A model generated the notes under the pieces. The model was not told the DNA's origin, did not search any database, and worked only from the letters and a program-made list of their open reading frames with translations. The translations under genes were made by a program, and so were the position numbers. DNA of 32,000 bases from Nanopusillaceae archaeon (GTDB taxonomy: Archaea; Nanobdellota; Nanobdellia; Nanobdellales; Nanobdellaceae), in assembly GCA_038735675.1 (NCBI GenBank), contig JAVYNJ010000003.1:1-32000 (forward strand), given 5' to 3'. This document shows, one piece after another, positions 25,201 through 32,000 of the stretch. Positions within the stretch are counted from its first letter, which is position 1, and the number at the start of each line of letters is the position of its first letter.

Positions 25201-26844
25201 ATGACAAAATATAATATATTAATTGGTGGCAAGGCTGGACAAGGAATAGATTTCGCTGCAGATATATTATCTATCGCATTAATAAAAGAAGGATATTATG
25301 TTTTTAATTATAGATACTACCAGAGCCTAATTAGGGGAGGACATAATTATAATATAGTTTCATTTTCTGAAGAGCCGGTTTACTGTTTTGATGAAGATAT
25401 CGATATAATAGTTGCATTAGATCAACTTACAGTAGATAAACATGCTAAAAAACTAAAAAAAGATGGAATAATTTTAGGAGATGTTTCAATAAAACATGAA
25501 AAAAAACTAGGTATAGATTTAAAAAGTATATACAAAGAAATAAATATAGACTCTAAGTATGAAAATACGATATTGTTAACAGCTTTATGGAAAATTTTAG
25601 GATTCGATAAAGAGACTTTAATTAACGCTTTTTTGTATAAAAAAAGAGATGAAAAAAATATAGAAATTATAAAAACGGTTTTTGAAAAGAATATCGAATT
25701 AAATATTAAGTTAAAAAGCTATAAAAAAAGAGAAAAATATTTTTTATCTGGATCAGAGGGTATAGCTTATGGAGCAATTTTTTCAGGTTTAGATATTTAT
25801 TTAGCGTATCCTATGACTCCTGCAACACAGGTAATGCATATATTAGCTTCTTTAAAAAATAAGTATAATATTATAACCTATCAACCAGACAATGAGATAG
25901 GTGTAATAAACATGGGTTTAGGTGCTTCTTATGCAGGAGCAAAAGTTATGGTGGGATCATCTGGAGGTGGTTTAGATTTAATGGGAGAAGGAATTAGTTT
26001 TTCTGGAATGGCAGAAATACCAATAGTAATATACTGGGCTCAGAGATATGGACCTTCAACAGGAATTGCTACAGCAACATCGCAAGACGATCTATTAAGT
26101 GCAATATATATAGGGCATGGCGAATTTCCTAAAATGGTTATAGCTCCGGGAGATCCTTTTGAAGCATTTAAAAGAACTATGGAAGCTTTTTATTTTGCAT
26201 ACAAATATAATATTCCAGTTATATTATTATCCGATTTGTTTTTAGCAGAATCTAAAATGTCATCTGATGATATAGAAGTTTCACAATTTCCAACTGATAG
26301 GAATATTGAATTAAATCCTACTGAAGAATATAAATATTATAAAATTACTGAACAGGGTTATATGAAAAGAATTATTCCTGGATTTAATAAAATAGTTAAG
26401 ATTTCTTCTTATGAACACAATGAAGATGGAATACAGATATATGATGATCATAAAATAGCGGAAAAAATGCATGCAAAGAGATTAATAAAAATGTATTACA
26501 TTGAAAAAGAAATTTACAATTTCAAACCTTATGAAGTATACGGAAAAGGTGAAAATTTAATAATAAGCTGGGGTTCTTCAAAAATGCCAATTTTAGAAGC
26601 TCTAAAAAGTTTAAAAAACTGGAGATATTTACATATTAGCTATTTGTATCCATTTCCAAAAAAAATAGTTGAAATATTAAAAAATTCTAATGAAATCGTA
26701 ATAATAGAAAATAATTTAACTGGACAGTTAAGAAAATTAATAAACATGGAAACTGGATTTTTTATAGAAAAGTCAATATTGAAACATGACGGCTTACCTT
26801 TTAAACCGGCCGAAATAATAGATGAAATACAAAAAATAAGCTAA
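25201..26844 (+). CDS. 2-oxoacid:ferredoxin oxidoreductase, fused gamma-alpha subunit
   Basis: Gamma-type N-terminus ILIGGKAGQGIDFAADIL. Alpha domain GSEGIAYGAIFSGLDIYLAYPMTPAT. 547 aa, the two-subunit OFOR architecture. Confidence 0.9.
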   Translation: MTKYNILIGGKAGQGIDFAADILSIALIKEGYYVFNYRYYQSLIRGGHNYNIVSFSEEPVYCFDEDIDIIVALDQLTVDKHAKKLKKDGIILGDVSIKHEKKLGIDLKSIYKEINIDSKYENTILLTALWKILGFDKETLINAFLYKKRDEKNIEIIKTVFEKNIELNIKLKSYKKREKYFLSGSEGIAYGAIFSGLDIYLAYPMTPATQVMHILASLKNKYNIITYQPDNEIGVINMGLGASYAGAKVMVGSSGGGLDLMGEGISFSGMAEIPIVIYWAQRYGPSTGIATATSQDDLLSAIYIGHGEFPKMVIAPGDPFEAFKRTMEAFYFAYKYNIPVILLSDLFLAESKMSSDDIEVSQFPTDRNIELNPTEEYKYYKITEQGYMKRIIPGFNKIVKISSYEHNEDGIQIYDDHKIAEKMHAKRLIKMYYIEKEIYNFKPYEVYGKGENLIISWGSSKMPILEALKSLKNWRYLHISYLYPFPKKIVEILKNSNEIVIIENNLTGQLRKLINMETGFFIEKSILKHDGLPFKPAEIIDEIQKIS

Positions 26845-26845
26845 A

Positions 26846-27703
26846 ATGGGGTTGAATACAAAAACTACTCCAACCTGGTGTCCAGGATGCCCTAATTATG
26901 CTATATTGTCAACTTTTATTAAAGTTATAGAAGAGTTATCAAAAGAAAATAAAATAGATATAAGTAAAGTTGTAGCTGTAAGCGGAATTGGATGTGCTTC
27001 AAAAATTGTTGATTATTTAAATTTAAATACTTTTAATGGACTACACGGTAGAGCCATAGCAAGTGCTATTGGAATTAAGATTGCAAATCCAGAGTTAAAA
27101 GTAATTGTATTTCAGGGAGATGGAGATACTTATAATGAAGGTTTAGAGCATTTTATATCTGTATGCAAAGAAAATCCCGATATTAAGCTTTTTGTACATA
27201 ATAATCAAATATTTGCCCTAACAGTAGGTCAACATACTTTTACAACAGAAGAAAAGTTTATTTCAAAAACTTTAGGAAAAGATACATTCCAAAAACCATT
27301 AAATCCGATTTTATTAGCGTTATCTGCTGGCGCAACTTTTGTAGCAAGAGGTTATTCACTTTGGATGGATCACTTAAGCTATATTTTCAAAGAAGCAATA
27401 TTACATAGAGGTTTTTCATTCGTAGATATAATTCAACCATGCATTACATTTCACGATACAAGAGAATATTATGAAAAAAGAATGTATAAATTAGAAGAAA
27501 TAAAATATGATCCTACAAATTTAAAGAATGCCATAGAAAAAGCATTAGAATATGATTATAATTTAAAAGAAGATTCTAAAATTCCTATAGGAATTTTCTA
27601 TAAGTCAAATAGAACAACTTTAGAGGAAGGTTTAGGCTCACAAACGTTTTATAAAGTAATTAGAAAATTTGATAAGAATAACATTTTAGACTTAAAAATA
27701 TAA
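26846..27703 (+). CDS. 2-oxoacid:ferredoxin oxidoreductase, beta (TPP/FeS) subunit
   Basis: WCPGCPNYAIL. SGIGCASK. TPP motif FQGDGDTYNEG...NNQIFALT. It starts 1 nt after the alpha-subunit stop. Confidence 0.9.
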   Translation: MGLNTKTTPTWCPGCPNYAILSTFIKVIEELSKENKIDISKVVAVSGIGCASKIVDYLNLNTFNGLHGRAIASAIGIKIANPELKVIVFQGDGDTYNEGLEHFISVCKENPDIKLFVHNNQIFALTVGQHTFTTEEKFISKTLGKDTFQKPLNPILLALSAGATFVARGYSLWMDHLSYIFKEAILHRGFSFVDIIQPCITFHDTREYYEKRMYKLEEIKYDPTNLKNAIEKALEYDYNLKEDSKIPIGIFYKSNRTTLEEGLGSQTFYKVIRKFDKNNILDLKI

Positions 27704-27719
27704 TTAATATTATAACAAT

Positions 27720-28241
27720 ATGGTATACACTTATGAAATTGATATTCAAGATTTAAACTATGAATTAATTAAAAATGTCTTAGAAAAATTAAATATAAAG
27801 TATCATAGAGAAAAAAACAAATTAAAAATCTTTTTAGAAGATTTCTATAATGCTTATAGATTTGATAAAGTAGTAAAAAGCATAAAAGCTAATTTTTCTT
27901 TAGATATATGTGAAAAAGTATATTTTGGTGAATACGATATAATTGATATAGATTTAAAAAGAATTTCTAATAAAAAAATGAATCATTTAATCAGAATAAA
28001 AGGTAGAATTATTGGAGAAAATGGAAAATCTATAAAAGAACTTGAAATTAGAACTGGAGCAAAAATTTCTTTAAATGATAAATATCTATATATTGCTGGA
28101 GATGAAATTTCACTTCAGGCAGCATATGAAACATTGAAAAGATTGATTAGCGGAAGTTCTCATTCAAAAGCTTTTGAATTTGCAGATAAAATTAGGGAAC
28201 ATATAAAAAATAAAGAAAAAGAAGTGAAATCTTATGTTTAA
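27720..28241 (+). CDS. KH-domain RNA-binding protein (archaeal Dim2/Pno1-like)
   Basis: KH GxxG core in IKGRIIGENGKSIKELEIRTGAKISL. 173 aa, with an N-terminal degenerate KH-like region. Confidence 0.7.
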   Translation: MVYTYEIDIQDLNYELIKNVLEKLNIKYHREKNKLKIFLEDFYNAYRFDKVVKSIKANFSLDICEKVYFGEYDIIDIDLKRISNKKMNHLIRIKGRIIGENGKSIKELEIRTGAKISLNDKYLYIAGDEISLQAAYETLKRLISGSSHSKAFEFADKIREHIKNKEKEVKSYV

Positions 28242-28282
28242 AATTTAATATCTTTATAAATTTTAATTTTAAAATATATTAA

Positions 28283-30022
28283 ATGGCTAATAATGTTCTA
28301 AAAGACTCTATAGAACTTTATAAAAAATTTAAAAGAGTTTCAATTGCTGAATTTTTTGAAAAAAATAGACATTTATTAGGATTTGAAAACTTAAGAAAAG
28401 CTCTTTTGATTGGTGTAAAAGAACTTGTAGATAATGCCTTAGATGCATGTGAAGAGGCAAAAATATTACCAGAAATATACATAGAAGTAGAGAGAGTTAA
28501 CAAGGATATATATAAAATAGCTATAGAAGATAATGGACCCGGCATACCTTATGATAAAGTACCGGAAGTATATGGAAGTTTTCTTTTTGGTAGCAAATTT
28601 CATAGATATGTATCTACAAGAGGAAAGCAAGGAATAGGTGCAGCTGCAGTAGTTTTATATTCTCAACTAACAACCAGAAAACCTGCAGAAATAATTACAA
28701 AAACTTTAGATTCAGATAAAGCAATTCTACACAAAATTAAAATTGATGTAAAAACAAATACTCCAATAATTGAAGATAGAAGATATATTAGCTGGGGAAA
28801 AGATCATGGAACTAGTGTTACAGTTTTTTTACAAGCACAATACATTAAAGGTAAGCAATCTGTAGATTACTATGTAGAACTTACTGCTTTAGCTAATCCT
28901 CATGCTAAAATTACATATATAAATCCTGATGGAGAGATATTAGAGTATAAAAGAATTACAAAAAATATACCAGAATTAAGAGAAACTAAACCACATCCAC
29001 ATGGAATAGAAATAGGAACTTTTGAAAGAATACTCAGAGATAGCAAATATAATACTATTAAGTCATTTTTAATGAATGAATTCTATGGAATTGGAGATAA
29101 AGCTACGGAAGAAATATTAAAAAAATCAAATTTATCTGGAGATGCAGATCCAAAATTGATATCATTTGAAGAAATTGAAAAATTATATAATGCTTTACAA
29201 TCAACTAAAATAAGAGCTTTGCCATCTAAATACATAACTACTCTAGGTAGAGAAAACATAATAAAATCTCTAACATATCTATATGACCCTGATTTTGTTA
29301 CTGCATATGTTAGAAGACCTGCAGTTTATAGAGGAAATCCGTTCATTGTAGAAGTCGGGTTAGCCTACGGCGGAAATATAAAGGAATTTAGTATATATAG
29401 ATATGCAAATAGAGTACCTTTATTATACAAACCTGGAGAATGTGCTATAACACATGCTATTTCAGAAATAAACTTCAAGAAATACGGATTTTCACTAGAA
29501 GAAGGAAAAGTTAAGGATCCTGTAGTAATATTAGTACATGTAGCTTCTGTATGGCTGCCTTTTACTTCAGAATCAAAAGAAGCAATTGCTCCATATCCCG
29601 AAATTGTAAAAGAAATTGAATTGGCAATTAAAAAAGTTTTAAGAGAGACGGAAATTTTTATAAAGAAGAAAAGGTCAATAGATTCTATAGGAGAGAAATA
29701 TAAAACCTTATATGGTTATGGACTTGAGCTTGCAAAATATTTAAATAAAATTATTAATATAGAAGAAGAAAAGGTCAAAGAAAAAATTTATAACAGAATT
29801 AAAAAAGAATTATACAAAGATATAGAAGAAATAGTAAAAAGTATAAGAGAGATAAGAAAATTCATAAAAGAAGGAAAAATAGAAGAGAGCAAAAAATTAA
29901 TTAGAAGAATATTAAAAGATGTTATAAAACTAAAAATAATTGATGAAATAGAAGTTGAAAAAATTTCTGAGGAAATTATAGATAAAATTAGAGAGGAAAA
30001 ATTTTTAGAACTTGAAAAATAA
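28283..30022 (+). CDS. top6B: DNA topoisomerase VI subunit B
   Basis: SIAEFFEKNRHLLGF. Bergerat-fold N box ELVDNALDA. G1 box EDNGPGIP. GKQGIGAAA. 579 aa with a K/E-rich C-terminal tail. Confidence 0.93.
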   Translation: MANNVLKDSIELYKKFKRVSIAEFFEKNRHLLGFENLRKALLIGVKELVDNALDACEEAKILPEIYIEVERVNKDIYKIAIEDNGPGIPYDKVPEVYGSFLFGSKFHRYVSTRGKQGIGAAAVVLYSQLTTRKPAEIITKTLDSDKAILHKIKIDVKTNTPIIEDRRYISWGKDHGTSVTVFLQAQYIKGKQSVDYYVELTALANPHAKITYINPDGEILEYKRITKNIPELRETKPHPHGIEIGTFERILRDSKYNTIKSFLMNEFYGIGDKATEEILKKSNLSGDADPKLISFEEIEKLYNALQSTKIRALPSKYITTLGRENIIKSLTYLYDPDFVTAYVRRPAVYRGNPFIVEVGLAYGGNIKEFSIYRYANRVPLLYKPGECAITHAISEINFKKYGFSLEEGKVKDPVVILVHVASVWLPFTSESKEAIAPYPEIVKEIELAIKKVLRETEIFIKKKRSIDSIGEKYKTLYGYGLELAKYLNKIINIEEEKVKEKIYNRIKKELYKDIEEIVKSIREIRKFIKEGKIEESKKLIRRILKDVIKLKIIDEIEVEKISEEIIDKIREEKFLELEK

Positions 30023-30032
30023 AAATAATAAA

Positions 30033-31130
30033 ATGGACAGCGATAAATTAGAAATAATTAAAAGAATTGAAGAATTTGCTAAAAAAATTTATGAAGAATT
30101 TGAAAAGGGAAATCCGAAATTTGAATTTATAATTAGAGGAAATCTAAAATATATTGAATACGATGTTATTAATGATCTCATAAAATTAAAAAAAACTATT
30201 GGTAGAAGAGAATTTTTTAATTTAGGACATACCAGAAAATTTACCCAAACGATATTAATAGCTTATCTAGCGAAAAGTCTTATAGAAAATGATAGAACTG
30301 CTTCAATCAGAGAGGTTTATTATCAACTAAAACATACAATTCCTATAGTAAATGAAGATACTTTTAATGATCAAAAAGAATCAGATCCTATAATAGAAGA
30401 TTTAGAAAGAACTTTAGGAGTAATCAGAGAAAAACTTCATTTAAAGGCCGATAGAAAAGGAAATGTTTATGGAGATATTGTTTTAAGAGATAAAAAACGA
30501 AAAGATGAATGGAACTGTTCCAAACTTGGAATGGGAGGATGGTCGATACCTTCAACAATAGAAGAAATAGAAATTGTAGATATAAACGCTGATTTTGTAC
30601 TTGTAGTCGAAAAAGATGCTCTATTTGAAAGATTAATAGAAGAAAAATATCCAGAAAAAAATAGGTGCATTTTGATTTCTACAGAAGGACAAGCATCGAG
30701 AGGCGCCAGAAGACTAATACATAGATTAAGATATGAACATAATTTGCCAGTATACATCTTTACAGATGGTGATCCTTGGGGCTACTACATATATTCTGTA
30801 ATAAAGCGAGGATCTATGAAATTGTCACATTTTTCAGAATTATTAGCAACTCCTGATGCTAAATTTATTGGAATGACAATGGATGACATAAAGGAATATA
30901 ATTTGAAAGATGTAACAATAGGATTAAAAGAACGAGATATCAAAAGAATACAAGAACTCATGAATTATCCTTGGTTTAAGAATAAGAAAGAGTGGCAAAG
31001 ACAGTTTTCTATAATGCTAAAAGAAAAAATCAAAATAGAACAAGATGCTCTAGCAAAAAGATCCTTAGAATTTGTTTCTGATGTATACTTAGTAGAAAAA
31101 TTATCAAATCCAAACAAATTGCTATCTTAG
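30033..31130 (+). CDS. top6A: DNA topoisomerase VI subunit A (Spo11 homologue)
   Basis: Catalytic Tyr region SIREVYYQLKH. Toprim VLVVEKDALFERL and FTDGDPWGYYIY. The track start is TTG at 30012, overlapping top6B. ATG at 30033 (MDSDKLEI) is preferred. Confidence 0.93.
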   Translation: MDSDKLEIIKRIEEFAKKIYEEFEKGNPKFEFIIRGNLKYIEYDVINDLIKLKKTIGRREFFNLGHTRKFTQTILIAYLAKSLIENDRTASIREVYYQLKHTIPIVNEDTFNDQKESDPIIEDLERTLGVIREKLHLKADRKGNVYGDIVLRDKKRKDEWNCSKLGMGGWSIPSTIEEIEIVDINADFVLVVEKDALFERLIEEKYPEKNRCILISTEGQASRGARRLIHRLRYEHNLPVYIFTDGDPWGYYIYSVIKRGSMKLSHFSELLATPDAKFIGMTMDDIKEYNLKDVTIGLKERDIKRIQELMNYPWFKNKKEWQRQFSIMLKEKIKIEQDALAKRSLEFVSDVYLVEKLSNPNKLLS

Positions 31131-31131
31131 G

Positions 31132-31407
31132 CTACCTTATAAATCTTATTTTTGTATTTCTTTTTTCATCTTCAAAAAGCTTAGATAATAAAATTTTCAA
31201 TTGATTCTCATCAATTTTTGTAAATTTTCCGGATAATATCATTCTATTTATATATTGACTCAAAATTATAATTGCATTTAGCCATTTTTCAGTATGGGCT
31301 ATTTTTAAATTAGATAATCTATCTACAGCTTCTCTAGTTAAATAGGGTTTTATTTTTTCCCAAAGTTCCTCAATTTCTTTAAGATCATTTTTTTCTTTTT
31401 TGCTCAT
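31132..31407 (-). CDS. PDCD5/TFAR19-related dsDNA-binding protein
   Basis: 91 aa. LTREAVDRLSNLKIAHTEKWLNAI...SGKFTKIDENQLKILLSKL....TKIRFIR follows the archaeal PDCD5-family pattern (EAR.RL.NI.L..PE.A..... G.I...I.E.QL..IL). Confidence 0.6.
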   Translation of the reverse strand: MSKKEKNDLKEIEELWEKIKPYLTREAVDRLSNLKIAHTEKWLNAIIILSQYINRMILSGKFTKIDENQLKILLSKLFEDEKRNTKIRFIR

Positions 31408-31443
31408 TAATATTAATAAAAAGCAAGATTTAAATAAAAAGAT

Positions 31444-32000
31444 ATGTTTGGTTATAATGGCAAGATTTTAAGAATAGACTTATCTAATCAAAAAATAAAA
31501 GAGGAGAAAATAGATGAAAAGATCTTAAAACTTTGGATTGGCGGAAGAGGATTAGGGATATACTATTTTATAAAAGAAGTAGATCCAAAAGTAGATCCTC
31601 TTTCAGACAATAATAAAATAATTTTTATGATTGGACCTCTTACAGGAATTGCAGGAGCACCTTTACCAGGAAGAGCCATTGCCGTATCAAAATCACCATT
31701 GAATAATAGATTATCGTGGTCTTCAGCTGGAGGAAAATTTGGAACATATCTAAAATTTGCCGGGTATGATGGAATTGTAGTTGAAGGGAAATCTGAAAAT
31801 CCTGTATATATTTCAATAATAGAAAATAAAGTTGAAATTAAAAATGCAAACGAAATATGGGGAAAGACTGTTTTTCAAACTTATGACTATTTATATGAAT
31901 TGTATAAAAAAGAATATAACATCCCGGATGTTTCTATAGCATGTATAGGTCCTGCTGGAGAAAATTTGGTAAAGTATGCTAATATAATGTGCGAAAAATA
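31444..32000 (+). CDS. aor: Aldehyde:ferredoxin oxidoreductase, canonical type (3' end beyond window)
   Basis: My own translation from the ATG at 31444; this ORF is not in the track because no stop falls in the window. It reads MFGYNGKILRIDLSNQKIKEEKIDEKILKLWIGGRGLGIYYF...GPLTGIAGAPLPGRAIAVSKSPL...AGYDGIVVEGKSENPVYISI...IGPAGENLVKYANIM. Confidence 0.85.
   Translation, partial: MFGYNGKILRIDLSNQKIKEEKIDEKILKLWIGGRGLGIYYFIKEVDPKVDPLSDNNKIIFMIGPLTGIAGAPLPGRAIAVSKSPLNNRLSWSSAGGKFGTYLKFAGYDGIVVEGKSENPVYISIIENKVEIKNANEIWGKTVFQTYDYLYELYKKEYNIPDVSIACIGPAGENLVKYANIMCEK

Noticed and set aside
28318-30757. Minus-strand ORFs 28318-28545 and 30467-30757.
   Set aside because: They are antisense to top6B and top6A, both of which have complete catalytic motifs.
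1-32000. CRISPR arrays, rRNA genes, and transposase, integrase or IS elements.
   Set aside because: Apart from the 263-bp spacer at 4587-4849, no non-coding stretch exceeds about 60 bp. That spacer has no regularly spaced repeats. No ORF shows DDE-transposase, tyrosine/serine recombinase or Cas motifs.

Overview
Gene-dense, very AT-rich archaeal chromosomal segment. G+C in the 60-nt lines I counted by hand ranged from about 12% to 45%, mostly near a quarter. All protein calls rest on motif recognition by eye; no searches were run.

Archaeal origin is supported by:
- topoisomerase VI (top6B-top6A)
- a full-length Hef helicase/XPF nuclease
- TFS, ribosomal protein eL31 and Trm1
- a Sec11-type signal peptidase
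- a PDCD5-like DNA-binding protein
- an intron-containing tRNA-Tyr with the archaeal/eukaryal C1-G72 pair

There are four tRNA genes: Val-CAC, Leu-GAG, Leu-CAG and Tyr-GUA. All are strikingly GC-rich against the AT-rich background, which suggests a thermophile.

The only clearly accessory part is the left 4.6 kb. It holds a type I restriction-modification module: hsdS (cut by the window edge), hsdR, and a translationally coupled half-size HExxH DUF45/YgjP-like hydrolase. A 263-bp non-coding spacer, the longest in the window, separates this module from the 3' end of tRNA-Val.

The remainder is housekeeping and fermentative metabolism:
- cysS, thiI with a rhodanese domain, and an NSUN-type RNA m5C methylase
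- a SPOUT methylase and a flavin reductase-like protein
- a two-subunit 2-oxoacid:ferredoxin oxidoreductase next to an ACD-beta-like ATP-grasp protein
- one canonical and one divergent AOR-family gene
- an HDAC-family deacetylase overlapping a compact GH1 glycosidase
- a UPF0282 metallo-beta-lactamase gene followed by an orphan NurA-like nuclease
- a PAP2 phosphatase and a PlsY-family protein
- several unassignable membrane or surface ORFs

Genes are packed with many stop/start overlaps and near-zero divergent spacers. I found no CRISPR array, rRNA, transposase or integrase.

I cannot point to a convincing wholly new multi-gene system. The best leads are the hsdR-coupled mini-DUF45 gene, the MBL/NurA-like pair and the divergent AOR paralogue.
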